Shown here in pieces: positions 26,801 to 41,217 of a stretch of DNA of 64,000 bases. Every line of letters begins with the position of its first letter. Within the stretch, counting starts at the first letter, position 1. The stretch comes from Auanema rhodensis. Lineage: Eukaryota > Animalia > Nematoda. The notes below the pieces were generated by a model that searched no databases, had not been told where the DNA came from, and worked only from the letters and a program-made list of their open reading frames with translations. Location of the stretch: the NCBI GenBank assembly GCA_964057225.1, contig OZ059895.1, positions 17,794,001 to 17,858,000 of the forward strand, in the 5' to 3' direction. Both the position numbers and the translations under genes were made by a program.

Positions 26801-28134
26801 CGCATACAAATATTGTGGATAAACACTTTTTTCTTTTTTTTGCTATTTAAGCTTCATTTGTGTTGGTTTGTTTTCATTTTCACGCAAGTCACGTAACCTC
26901 ATTGAGAGACAAATAGCAAAATCAATTCAATTTTACGCAGCTTACAAAGCGGTTGTATACGTACTCCTTGTGTATGAAATTGCCAATGCTGTTGAATTTG
27001 TGGTTTGTTTTCCAGTTTTTTTTTTTAAATATATTAATTTTCAATTTTTTGATATTATTAAGAATATTTTCAATTCAATCTTAAGATTAACATCTGACTG
27101 CTTCTGAACAGAACGATTTCAATGAATATGAACATGTTTTCTACATTTCCGTTCTTCATGTCATAAGAAGTTAAGTTTGTCCACATGCTTACTTCACTAC
27201 ACACATTTTGCGTCATTATATATTCAAATTTGAATAAAAAGTAGTGGCGCCAATTCGAGAAAGCTCCCTAATTAAATTTTTCAATTGTTATTATCCCCCA
27301 CCTGTTGATCACACCTTGACGTTGATACACGATTTTATACGAAATCTTTATACTGTTTTCAATTTTCTCCTTTCTTCCCTGCATATCCACATATATATCA
27401 TAATTATAATGCAATTTGCTTCTTTTATATCTAATGCTCTTTCTCTATCTATGTATCTATCTATGTAGCTCGTTATTTTTCTATATCTTTCCGTATGTAT
27501 CTTCATATTTTTCTGTCAAACTCCCACGTTTTCATGTTTTCTCGGTTCTGGACATTATTGATGTGCTCGTAATTATTATACATTGTTTATAGAGCTGTCT
27601 CTGACGCTCAGCCAGCAACTACTACGCTAACGTCCTGACTTAGTCATTCGAAGCTTTATAACTATTGTTGATTGATCGTCATTTTGTTCATGAGCCAGCA
27701 AACTTTTTTCAACTTTTTTCTGGACATTTTCTTTCGTTTTGTTCTATTGAAAGTGCCCACTTGTCATGACTTTCAGTTCATTTGAATTCATGCTTTCATT
27801 TTCTTGCCGTTAAATTTTGGAAAAGGCTTTCAAATTCAAACTCTTTAGCCGAGGTTTGTGTAAACCTACATTTTTTAAAAATAACGGTTTATAGACCTTT
27901 GAATTGTTTGCAAAATCTTCAGTTCTTATTATTTGATGAGTTGCTCTCATAATTGCCGGAGGCTATCATATTTAGCTTAGTGTCTCTCATTTCGTGCTTT
28001 CATCTCGTTTACATTCAAATAACTATTTTTCTTAGGCTTCGTCCCATTTTGAATCCACCTTGTCGTCGTGGATTGTATTGACTACTCCTGGGTAGCAATT
28101 CCACCTTGCATACTTTTTGTAGAGTGGCTTAGTA

Positions 28135-31100
28135 ATGTCGGGGTAAGTTTTGCTTCTCGTCCTATTGTCTTCCTATGAAATACTTGAAACACTGTGAATT
28201 GTCATTGTACCTAGGGTTTCAAATTTTAATTATTTTATATGAAATCTCCAATTATGCTTATGCCCATATGCGACCAATGGGCGTGTCGTCCAGTAAATAG
28301 CCATCGTTGCCAAGAGAGACAGCTGAGTATCGATCCAACTAGTCAGTAGAGTTATCGATCGCTGCTTTAAAAGCTCCTTCAGTCTTCATGGCAGACTCTG
28401 AGCGAGCTGCAGAGTCTCTTGCGATGGACTCTCCTGTGGAAAATCCAGGTGATAATGTGACCATTCGCACTATTACTCCGTTAACCCCGGAAACCGGGCG
28501 TTCATCTTTGTGGAAGGCGACTGGTTTGTATTCTAGCGAGGAAGCTAGGTAATTATGACAAATTCTCAGTGTTTTAGTATTGTGTTGTGTTTAAAATATG
28601 GGAGTTTTATGGCTTAATTAGCTTATGTTTTATTTTTTACTTAATTTTTTCATTTTAGACGTCGCAGATTAAGTAAGCAGCGGGAAAGCATTGAGCTAGC
28701 TCAGCTAGGTAAGTATTGTTTTCATATGTTTTTTTTTTTAATTTTTTTTGTAAATTGATGAGAATGACATGCGTTACTTTCTTTTTCTTGGGTTTAAACG
28801 AATATTGTGACTTTTTTTCTTAAATTTTCATGCGCATAATTGCTCATGTCTATCTAATGCGCCTTCTGACATTTTCCCTAACCTTTTTCGCTGAATGTGG
28901 CAAGGGTAGTACTTATTTTTTGAAAATACAATATAGAATATGAATTTCTCATTTATATCTATTAAAGCTATAAATAAATAATCACGCCCTTGATAAGCTT
29001 TTCACTGTTTCCAAAGACTGAGAACATCGAGAATGGAGATTACTGGGTCTGTCAAACTGTACCCAGTCGGTCCCTCTACGTCAGATACGTTTTTCGAAAA
29101 GTTGTCTCGGCGATAAAACTAAAATTTGATTTACCATCGACAGTGATATTACGAGCAGATGCTAGTGTGTACGAGCAGAGTCTTTCCAATTCGGCTCTGA
29201 ACGTTTTTGCTTTGTATTTCTTTCTCCTCTGGCTTTAGTATTGGACATTAAGCTTCTAATTGAATTGGCTATCCTCGGAAACTACAATGTCACATTTTCC
29301 TGTAAGACCACATGATAACGCAGAAGTTTTTCGTGAGTTAATCGACAGGAGAAATTTTAAGATATGCAAATTAGAAGTTAAAAAAATTGTTTTCCTATAA
29401 TGCATGTTTTTTGAAGTTTATTATTTGTAGCTCCTGGAACTCGCGTCATGTTCCTCCTGAAGGAGACGCAGGAAGCTCCTGCAATCTTCTCAGAAATGGA
29501 GGAGCTTGGTGAAACCGAGTGGAGAGAAACAGCTAGATGGGTTAAATTTGAAGAAGACGTAGAACAAGGTCAGTTTATCTAAATAAGACAAGTCTATTCA
29601 TCTTTTTTTCAGGAGGAAATCGATGGTCTAAGCCTCACGTTGCCACCCTTTCGCTTCATTCCCTCTTTGAGTTACGAAGTTGTTTGAATACCGGATTATT
29701 CTTGAAAGATATTCCACAGACAGATCTGAATGAAATATACGGTTAGTCATCGATTTCCCAGTATTACCATAAAACGAAATATGATATCAAATTCGTAATT
29801 CGTTGTGTGTCATGGAGTAAGTCGAAGTTATAAGATAGATGGATACTCGTAGGTTTCTCTTGGTTAAAGTCATTTGATCCGTTAATACATATTGGAGAGT
29901 GGTTTCGTTCGCGACTAACAAATTTCATTCATAGCTTTCAAAAGATTATGGACTAATAATATGGAAATCAATTTGAATAGCTTTTGCTCTTATCTCTTTT
30001 GCAGAATAATCTTATCACCTATTAGCTTTTGCCTAGAATCTTTTTTTTTCGAGAATTAAGCCGAGATAACGTTTGATTTATTGAGCGGGGGAGAGCTGGA
30101 ACTTTTTAGGGAAAGTAGAAAAAAAGGTTAAACAAATATAGTTCTTTATTATTACATATTTAGAGCATGTTGCGGAATCGTTTGTCAAGGATGGATCTTT
30201 ACCAGAGGAAATGCGGGAAGAGCTTATGGAAGTTTTACGTAGAAAGCATGTTCACCAATATGAACAAGTTAGTTTTTTTAATCTTGGTGCTGTGCATTGA
30301 CATAATATTGTTGCAATCCGAGTTATTTTTAATCTTGTGCTTATATTTCTTAACATTAATTTGAAATGCTGTCAATTAAATATTGATGATGTAATGATAT
30401 TTGCTCAGTGATTAAGGGATAATCTCATGTGAAAATGAACATTTGGTTATTTGATTAAAAGAAAGCAAGATTGTTGTCATGTTATAGTATTTGCGTTAGC
30501 TCGGGAAGTTATTCTAAGCTTAATGCTCTTTGTTGAACTTGACACGTCATATAACAGAGCAGGCGCTATTTTTGCGGAGGCAGGAGTTTATGTTCATAAC
30601 TTTGTTAAACAAAGATCAAAAATGATTATACTATCTCAAGAAAAATGATACCAATAAATAAACTCTTGTTTCAGGCCAAGAAAAATGGTAGTTCTGGCGA
30701 AAAGGGAGGATTTTTGTCCACCGTCCGCTCCATATCAGATATAGGAAAATCATTTTCTCATGGTAGAAATCTGGGTAAATTAGATGATAAAAAGGAGGCT
30801 GCTGGACCTCAGCTTGAGCTCCCTAAGGTTGATTCTATGCCAAAAGAAATGAACAAAGATGGTTCGTCAGCCGACCTCAAGGGTAATACACACTTCTTGA
30901 AGAAATTACCACCTGGTGTTGAGGCTAGTAATGTACTTGTTGGAGAGGTAATAATCCTTTTCATTTTTAAAATAACCCGTTTCCTCTTAGGTCGATTTTC
31001 TCACCCATCACATTAGCGCTTTTATTCGTTTGAAGTCTTCAACTGTTCTCGGTGATCTCACTGAAGTTCCTGTTCCAACTAGATTTATTTTCTTGCTTCT

Positions 31101-34100
31101 TGGACCACGTGGCCACGGATCCAACTATCGTGAAATTGGTAGAGCTTTTGCCACTCTTATGGCTGATGAGGCATGCTTATCTAAGTTAATCCCGGGCTTA
31201 TACGTGTTTTTCAGATTTTCCATATGGTAGCTTTTAATGCCGGATCTCAAGATGATCTGTTAGCTGGTGTTGATGAGTTTCTTGACCAAGCTACTGTTCT
31301 CCCTCCCGGCGAATGGGATCCAGCTATTCGTATCGAGCCACCAAATTCTATCCCATCTCAGGAGAAGCGAAAGCAGGTTTGAAGGAGTGTTACTGACAGT
31401 TTTCATTGGTTGTGTACTAATATTAGGTCGGACAGGAGCTTTTGCTTAACTTAGAAAATGTAGAAGTAGCTAAGAAAGTTAAGATGGATGTTGAGGAGGA
31501 AGAAGATGGAGGACATGGCAATGATCCTGCTTTGAAGCGAACTGGAAAGTTTTGTGGTGGTCTTATTCTTGATATAAAGAGAAAGGTTCTTTCTGTTCTC
31601 ATCTCATATTTTTCATTTTTTTCCGCTTATAGGCTCCTCATTTTATTTCTGACTTTACTGATGCTTTGAATCTTCAATGCCTTGCTTCCATTTGTTTCAT
31701 GTATTTTGCCTTATTAGCTCCTATCGTTACTTTCGGAGGTCTATTGGAAGAGGCTACACATCAACGAATGGCAGCTATGGAAAATATATTCGGAGGTATA
31801 TTCAGACTTGAATATATAATCTATTCAAAATTGTATCTAGGAGCTATTTGCGGAATATTTTACCATATGTTTTCTGGTCAGCCGTTAACCATTGTTGGTT
31901 CCACAGGACCTGTGCTTGTCTTTGAGACGATTGTCTTTGATATGTGTCATAGACTAGGACTGAAGTATCTGAGTTTCCGTGTTTGGGTATGTCGTAATAA
32001 TCGCTTTCTTTCGAATAACTTTGTTTTCAGGTTCACATATGGACTTCTCTTATAATTTTCCTTATGTGTGTCACTGATGCCAGCGCCTTAGTCTCATACA
32101 TAACTCGATTCACTGAAGAATCTTTCGCTACCCTTATTGCTATCATTTTCATCTATGAAGCTATTATGAAGTTGTGGAAAATCAAGGGACAATTGGATGT
32201 CATAAACTACTCTCGTGATATAATGGAAGGCACATGCTTCTGCGAAAATCCAATTGGAGCACGTAAGACTACCAAATTTCATTTTCATTAAAATTCAATA
32301 TATTTTTTAAGCCAAGATGCCATTGGCTAAGGCTTTGGATTACATTAATCATCATAATATATCTGTTTCCCATAATGAAACTTACATCGATTATACTACG
32401 GTTAGGGACTTATTTTAAGATAATTCTCAATGTTTCTCTTATTTATAGGCTAGTATGGCTGATTGTGGAAGAATTGGTGGACATTATGGTGGAGATTCGT
32501 GCTTCGTTATGTATGACAAGCTTCTCATGTCTATCCTTTTGGCTGTTGGAACTCTTTTCCTTTCATTTACTCTTAAGGTAAAACATTATTCAAATTTTTT
32601 CTTTAATTATTTCTATTGCAGGGAATGAGAACTTCTCGTTACTTCCCGGCTCGTGTTCGTCAAGTGTTCTCTGATTTTGCTGTCATGATTGCCATTACTG
32701 TTATGTCCTGCATTGATTTAGCTATTGGAATCAATACGCCAAAATTGAATGTTCCATCGTCATTCAGAGTAAGATAACTCTAATAGTTTCACGTTTTCTA
32801 AATTTTTTGCTGTAGCCAACTTGGGATGGAAGAGGATGGCTAATCCCATTCTTCGATGGAAACCCAATCTGGTCAGTTTTCTTGGCTATTCTTCCTGCTT
32901 TGATTGCTTGCATCCTGATCTTCATGGATCAGCAAATCACAACTGTTATTGTCAATCGCAAGGAAAATAAACTGAAAAAGGTAATATAATTAAATTTCAA
33001 ACTTACAATATTCATATTTTTCTCTTCAGGGATGCGGTTACCATCTTGATCTTCTTATTCTCGCTATCCTTATCATGGTTGTAGGAATACTTGGTTTGCC
33101 TATATATGTGGCCGCTACAGTTCTTTCTATTAATCATATCAACTCTCTTAAAGTAGAGAGTGAGAGTAAAGCTCCTGGAGAAGTAGCTCAGTTTATTGGT
33201 GTTAGGTAAAATTTCATTTTTGTATTCAATTTTTATTCCAATCTAATTAAAGAGAACAACGTATCACTGGTGTAGTTACATTCCTGTTTATCGGGCTTTC
33301 CGTTTTGATTACCGGAACATTAGGACACATTCCAATGCCCGTTCTCTATGGAGTTTTCTTGTATATGGGTATTTCTGCTCTGGGTGGAATTCAGCTATTC
33401 GACCGAATGCTTCTCTTCTTGATGCCAATGAAGTATGTTATTTTCTTCTAATTTTGTATTATTATTTGTTTTAGATATCAACCCGATACGATATATATCC
33501 GTCATGTACCCATTAAGAAGATTCATCTTTTCACTGTGTTCCAAGTTGGATGTTTGGCTGTTTTATGGACTGTTAAATCCATTAAAGCTACATCAATCTT
33601 TTTCCCTGTTATGGTATATCGATTTATATATTATGTACCCATATTAATTGATATGTAATATAGTTGGTCGTTATGGTAGCCGTACGTAAGTTGATGGAGA
33701 AGTTCTTTACTAAGGACGATTTGAAATATCTCGACGATCCAATGCCAGATTTCCATCTTCGCAAGAAGGAAGATTTGAAGAGAAGGCAGAGCGAGGTTGG
33801 AATTGTTTGTCACCAGATATCTGGGTCATAATGAACTGATATAACGATATTGTACTTAGGGTGGAGATGTTGTTGAAATCGAAATGGAGGAAAATCAAGC
33901 AACCATCCATGCCGTCAAGACTGAAGCTCATTTGCACATTCCCATGGCAAGTGGAAATGTAATTAAGATCCCATTGGCTGCTATCCAGGAACCATCTCAC
34001 TCTATTAACATGACAAAAGAGGTTTGTTAAAAAGTTGGAATGCAAAGTTAATTCATGTTTAAAATCAGGTTAACAACAGTGGCATGTGGAAGCATATTAC

Positions 34101-34364
34101 ATCTCATGATTCTAAATCATCTCTCAACAGAGATCAACATAAGAAGTGAGTGACCGTGTTGTTCCGATCGCTCTAATTTCCTACGATTTCAGCATTCCTA
34201 CTGAAGCTCCTTTGGAAGCCCCTGAGGAAGACGAAGATGCCATAATGATTAAGGTGATTCGTCCAAGTCCTCATGGATCATCCAATGAAATGGGCGAGGA
34301 ACAACCTCTGTTAAAGAGTAACGAACAGAAAGATGATAAAGAAGATCCACAGCCACCTGTTTAA
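28135..34364 (+). CDS. abts-1: SLC4 (Band 3 family) Na+-coupled bicarbonate transporter
   Basis: [143 protein letters not shown]. Stop after DPQPPV at 34364. The first exon is ambiguous; several candidates are listed in the findings. Confidence 0.9.
28388..28548 (+). CDS. Alternative first coding exon of the SLC4 gene ([20 protein letters not shown]...SSEEAR)
   Basis: Open 161-nt stretch from ATG to an AG|GTAATT donor. It is phase 2 and in frame with the exon at 28659 ([16 protein letters not shown]). Confidence 0.65.
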
Positions 34365-36819
34365 ATTGGGATTTTCGTTTTTCTCAATCTGTTAACTTAG
34401 GGTTTTCTGTTTCCATCTTTCTGACCAATATTTGGTTGTGTTACCTCTTTCTTTTGTTGTTTCATCCAAACATAGTTACCGTACAGCTAAAACGGATTTA
34501 TTTTTCAACGTTTTCGTTTTTTTCTAACAGTTTACTAATGCAATAACTAGAACTAACTATGAAGTTTTTATTTATCTATCTGAGATTGTAGAATTCTTAA
34601 TCTTCTTACTACAAGATTGTATTTTTTTCTTTTCTTTTTTTTCAACTTTGTTTCTCTCCTAAACCTGTCTCTCTATCGCCATGTGTTTCTCTACATTTTC
34701 TCTTTTCCCCCCTTCTTCTCTTTCTCTCACTCTTTCTATCTCTTTCCTCACATCCAATGAGTACTAGACATAGGGGTTAATAAGCTCATTTTCTAAAACC
34801 GTTTATCAATTGTCGATTTGCTACATATAGCTTTAACATAGTTTACCTCTATTTTTAAAAATATAATATAGAATAGGTTCTTTTATAGTTTTATGTCGTT
34901 GTTCATTTAATTCTACAGCATCATTTTCCCCTCCCCTTTATTACAAAAATGTCAAACGTCATCAGCTATGTTTAAGACTAAAAGCATGGCTTGTAGAGGA
35001 CATTAACCAATCAAGCGTAATTTGTTATGGTATGTTTGTACTTTATTATTATTATATACATCTTTATTGTTGTACTGAAAGTGGAATAAAATATTTTTAT
35101 TTGTTAGTTTAATTGTTTTTTCTTAAGAAATGTCATATATTCGAAGCTTCGAAAGATGCTAATGACACATCTTTCTCTAAATTCTTTTGCCTCATCACGA
35201 CTTCAAAAATTACTTGAACTTTCAATTTCCCTGATTAGATTTTGGCTTCATTATTAAATTTTCTTCTTGAGCACAAGCCGTCCATCTGAATACAAGCCTA
35301 AATTGCACAAAGTAGCCCATGACTCGAGTGAATGACCATACTTTATATCTTTTTTATTCTATAACTTAGTTCTCTTGGGATAAATATATCGAAGAAATGT
35401 CGGCTACTTCACAGCCTTAGGGGGCCGACTTGTTTCAAGGGGATTGCCAAGTGAAATATATCGATGAAGACATACCTTCACCTCAAAGCTCGTAATAGAA
35501 TACATATGAGCGAAAATGGATTAAAGATAGTTAGGATGTTCTCAAATTGCCATCATCCATTTCTCTAACTTTCATTCAAGCTCATGCCTTCCTCCTATTT
35601 ATTGGCACTTGTTCTCCTATTCTCTATCTTTCTCTTTAACTCCCCCTCATTCTTCAAGCGATTTTCCTTTTACCTCATCTCTTTTACTAGGGCATCATCT
35701 TATGCTTAATCCTTAACCCTCTATTACTATCTCTAATTCTCTTCGATCTCTCTTCATCTTCTCATCGTTCTTTTCATCTATCTCTTTCATCCCCCCTCTC
35801 TCTCTCTCTATGTTTCTCTTCCCTCTTGCTCTCCATACTAGGTTTCCTTTTTATGTATGGGTGTGTGTGCCTGTGTTTGTGCAAGTGGGAAGCCGAATCG
35901 AAAATCAATGTTGCTGCCGGCTATCCTCCCGAGCAAGCCCTACTGACATTCTTTTTTACTTTCTTGTTATTGAGCTATTGTTCATTAACTTATGTTTAAT
36001 TATATATTTATATAGAGTATTCTTACGAAATATTTTACTTTCTTTTCCATGTTGTTATCCCATTGCATTATACAAGTAACCTCATGTATAGTTCAGGTAT
36101 TACCTTAAAGAAAAACACAGCAAAAACGAAGCTCGCAGAAATATTTTCTATGAACTTATTCAAAACTTGACACAATTGATATTATTTTCTACTTATATTT
36201 TTTCCTTTTTCTAACAATCATACGTACAAAATAGAAAATGATATTTTCTTTTTTCCTCAACATCCAGTGCTCTCTATATTCTTTCCTCTCTATCTTTTTC
36301 TAAATTCCGTTTTTCACTTTTAGCCAAAATAATAATGAAATGTATTTATAGAATAACTACAAAAAAAAAAGAATGAAATTAGCCACGTAGACCTCATGGC
36401 GTGAAGTTAATGTAAAATTGAAAAATCATAAATTTCAAGCGGGCTCATGAATGAATTATATTCTTTTTCTAATTAAAAAATCATCTTCTCTATTTTTTTA
36501 GCTCGAACAACAGTGAAACATTCGGCTGTTTCACTCTAAAGTCTCATTATTACCCGAATATCATTATAAATTCTATTACTTATGTGTGATCATAATATGA
36601 AAATCTGAAGAAAGTAAATTGAAACTATATTAATTTTAATTTTTTCAAAGAGGATTACTCAAGTCTATTATTATATTTCATATCTCTTTTTCTTTTTCTT
36701 TTGTCTCAAAATCCTTATTTTTTCATACCAAACAAGAAATATAATTAGATGATCACAAAGGATAAAAAAAATGTATTTGCTCATTTTAAAAATCAACAAA
36801 AATATTCTTCACCTTATTG

Positions 36820-36847
36820 ATCTCTCTCTCCCTCTTTCTCTCTCTAA

Positions 36848-36894
<47 letters not shown>

Positions 36895-36903
36895 TCTCTC
36901 TCT
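36820..36903 (+). repeat. (CT)n microsatellite, interrupted
   Basis: Visible CT run. Confidence 0.9.
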
Positions 36904-37906
36904 TTTTCGTCTAGTATGTAAGTCCTAGTTCATATCATTTTTTGTGCTCATGTCACTTTTTCACAGCTACCAGAACTTGTTGTCATGCAGTATTTGGCAC
37001 TGCAATCTGCACCAAGTTTTCAGCTTAGTTGTCTAAGAATGAAAAACGAATTTCATATATACTCTCTTTCGTTTTGTTCTTCACTTCTCTTTTTGCACAT
37101 ATTGTATTCTTTAACCGGAAGATTTGACTAGCAATGTTACAATTTGATTGTGACCAGATAGTTTGGTGTTATCCCTATGCTTTTTCCTTGTTAGATATAC
37201 AACGTCATCACTGTGCTGCTCCTTCTTTTCATTTTGCTTTAGTTACTGCTGCTTTTTCGCCTTTTTCTATGTCCTTCTTCACCACCCTTCTCATCGTATT
37301 TTCTGACATGCACGATGTTGTTGCATCTATGAAAGCATGTATTTTTTTTTAAAACTTCATCCATACAGCATTTGGACAGATATCAGAACATATTTTTGTG
37401 AATATTTCCCAATTTCTCACTAGTTTTCCTTACACAACAAGTGTAAATATGAGAAATAGATGTATTTATGAGCATGATATCAATAGTCATATCTCATATT
37501 TTTCATTATAAATATATGTTAATACACAGAATATTCATTTATATCGAATGTGTATTATGAGAGTTATCTGTCAACTAGGAGCCTCATATAAAGCATAAGC
37601 TTCATCTCATGAACTTCATGATACGTTAAATGTGATAGCTGACACTTGCTTTTAACTTGAATTTTCATAATGAAACATAAATCAGCTTAACAATAAGAAT
37701 ATTTATTTTCGTTTTCATCATCCATTCTATTTAGTTATTTTCAAATTCTCTTCAAATACTTTTATTTTATTTTCTTCACAGTTAAACTTCCGTTCTAATT
37801 CTCAATTAGGCTTTGTTCTTTTGCCTTTTCTTTCTCCTCTCAAGATATCAACATTTCAATTTTTAAATCTTCGATTTGTTTGTCTAATTCAAAGAAAATT
37901 TAAAGT

Positions 37907-37935
<29 letters not shown>
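37907..37935. repeat. (AT)n microsatellite
   Basis: About 14 TA units. Confidence 0.9.
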
Positions 37936-37937
<2 letters not shown>

Positions 37938-38834
37938 TATCTTTCCAAATATAAATACTTACATTTACATATGTATATGAAATCTCTTCCTATATCCCTC
38001 TCTCTTTCTCTACTTAAAATCTCAGATGAATGAGCAATACACAGGCACACGCTGTAGTACTTCCTGTATACCTCAGCTAACTTTCATACATTTATGAACG
38101 TAAATAAGGAACTGGATACTTCGGATTTGCTACTTCTGTACCCCTTTTCTCTCTATCCTTTCTCGACGCCTCTCTTTCTCTCTCTCTCTCTCTCTCTCCC
38201 TGTGTCTATCTCTCTATCTTCTCTCACATATAAATACATCCACACAAGTACACTTCTTCTTTCTATCTATGGACAGCGAGTGAAATAGTCTACTCGAAGC
38301 ACATTCATGTCTTCACCTCACTGCTTTTCACTCGTTATCCGGTCTCTTACCCTTCAATCTCTCTAAATCTCTTCATTATTATTTTCTTTTTTCTTTTCTC
38401 TCTGTGTCTTTCTCTCCGACTCCCTCTTTCTGCAAACTGCTTATATTGTCTCTGGAGCAATAGCTGACAACAAGAAATGTGTTCTGTGTTTTTTGTGTTT
38501 CTTCTATTCCATATTTACTATATAGTATGTCGTAGTTAAGTCTTTCTAGTCAATCCATAAGTTATGTCTGTTTTTTCTCGTCTTAATAGCATTTTCCACT
38601 TTAGACCATTATTTGCTTTCATATTCTTTCTTTCATTACTTCCCTTCTCATTAACAAAACAGGAGAGGGTATTATAAATTTCCGTTCTTTTATAGTAATA
38701 TATACTATACATCCATCAATCCGAACTCATATGCATGCGTGTGTATGTTCAAAAACTTAGTCAAGTTAATGACAAATATAATATAAAAGCTTGGATTCCC
38801 CTCTATCATTTTGTTTTCATTATATATATGGCGG

Positions 38835-38837
<3 letters not shown>

Positions 38838-38887
<50 letters not shown>

Positions 38888-38908
38888 TTCTCTCTTTCGC
38901 TCTCTCTG
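38838..38908 (+). repeat. (CT)n microsatellite
   Basis: Visible CT run; the source of the spurious SLSLSL ORFs. Confidence 0.9.
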
Positions 38909-41159
38909 TTTCCTTCACCACTCCCCCCTTCTTTCTCCTCTCTCCTTCCTTAAATATCCTTCCCCTTTCTATCTACTTATACGAAATATGACTGACATTT
39001 AGCTAGTCATTAGAAGAATTATAATCCTCAGCTACGTAACTGAGCCAAGAGTCGCTATGTGAAATTCTCACCATTTTTGGACGGCTTACTTCCCCTTCTC
39101 ATCCAGTCGACTGCTTCATTCTCCATCTCACATCCATCTATTTGTAATTTAACCATAAGGCTATAGATAAATGAAATTAAATTATGAAAAACTTGAAATG
39201 GCTAACAGCTTAATGCATGTCCTTTTCGTATCTCATTCTCCTCATTTGCCCCTGTCTCTTTTCGTTTGTTTCGAGTTGCGCTTTCATGCGTTTGCAGCTC
39301 CACCCCCTATAAGCAACTTTCAACATCCTCTATCTGAACTTTACGGAAGACACATGAAGCATTGAAAGCTGTTGTGATGCATGCTTCATCTCAATTTTTT
39401 AATTGCTCTTTTCTAAATTTTAATTAAACTCATTTACATTTATAAATTAACAACACAACCATTATTTACCATATTTAAACATAAATTATGTGTTTTCGTT
39501 CTGCTTACTATGCTGTTTATAATTTCTTTTTCACATCAGAACAGTTTGCAATTTTTCTTCTTCATCATACTCTTATTCTTTCTTTTTTTATCCTCAAAAA
39601 CAAGATTAATGGATCAGCCTTCGGTACTAAAACGTTTAAAAATCCACAGCCACCCCCTTCTTTATCTTCATAACTGGTGAAACAGCTATCCAGCTATCCA
39701 GCTTTTCAATTTTTGTTTAGATTAAACTTGGCTTGTTTGTTATTGTACTCTTTCGGTTCACAGATGTCGTTTTTACTATAAAGAGCAGAACATTGACGTT
39801 TGGAATTTATTTAAACTTACAGATCCGTAGTAAGTATGAGAGATAGTAGAAAGATTAGAGAGAGATTGAGAGGTGGAAAACGATTTTAAGCTCCTTGACG
39901 ATGTGTTACTGCATATTCACCAACATATCAAGCTGTACTTTAAGGTTTTAGTCAAATGATTGCCTATTTGCCAGATATGTATGCACATAACATGCCTTCA
40001 TTGAATTAAATATGGCTGTGCAGCTTTCTGTTCAAATCTAGTCAAACTCATCTTTCATCTTCCATTTCCTGTTCATCCTTTATGTGCTTGTCTTCTCATG
40101 ATCCTGCACTTTTTTTTGATCCTCACGTTTCAGCTTCATAATCATTTATAACAAACCATTAGATTTATACAACATCATCCCAGCTTCTATCCTGAAAGAG
40201 AATTTCTATCGTTTTTCTCTCTTCCATCTCCTGCTCTATATAGTTCTCTCTTTCTTGTTCCAAGTGCATGTTTGCCGTATTGCACTATCCTATGACTCAG
40301 GTATCTTCTGAAATATAGAAGCAGCTGGAACAAAACTTAAGCTGAGCCATTATTCATTTGTATATTTCACATCAAATTAATCAATCATTCATTTAAGGAA
40401 TTATAATTAGTAAAGTAAAAGAGTTTATTATTCATCTAAACTATTCTTGTTCATCTTACTTTCATCATTGTATCTTGATTGACTTCTGAATGATTTGAGT
40501 CTTACAGATTATCAGAAAGCTTACTCTCTGTCTCTTTCACTTTTTGGGAATACCTTCTCTATATATCAATCTCATTCATTGCTGACGTACGAGCAAATTT
40601 TTTGTTTAATCTTCTATAGAGAATGTGAAAGTTGATTATTTCTTTTGTTGTGTTCTAAATATGTCGATTGGCTTTGAATAACTTCTAAAGTTTCCTAACA
40701 TATTCTGATTAATACTCAGAAAATGGAATAATATGTGTATGGCTTCTTCTCAAGTTCTTCATCTCTTTCACTGATTGAACCTTTCAACGAAGCTTTTTCT
40801 AGCTTTTGCTGTTAGCTGGGGAAGCCTCGTATTCAACTTTCCATAAAATTGATTCAAAATGCTGTTTTTTTTTGTGAACAAAACTACTTTATTAGTTCTT
40901 AATGTGTGTAGTTTGAGCATAGTTCTATGCTACTACTTTTTCTGTCTATAGCTGTCTCCCTATATCCGTTTCCCTATATCCGTCTCTCTATATCTTTCTC
41001 TCTATATATTTGTATGCAAATATGAGGTCACATATGAGATGGAGGATGAAAACAAAAACGAGGTTTTATGAAGATCTCTATGTTATGAGCTATGCTTATT
41101 CATTTAAGAAATAGTAATATATGTATTTCAAATTGTTGCCCATGGTCGTTTCAAAGATA

Positions 41160-41162
<3 letters not shown>

Positions 41163-41208
<46 letters not shown>

Positions 41209-41217
41209 AGAGAGAGA
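41163..41217 (+). repeat. (GA)n microsatellite
   Basis: Visible AG run. Confidence 0.9.
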
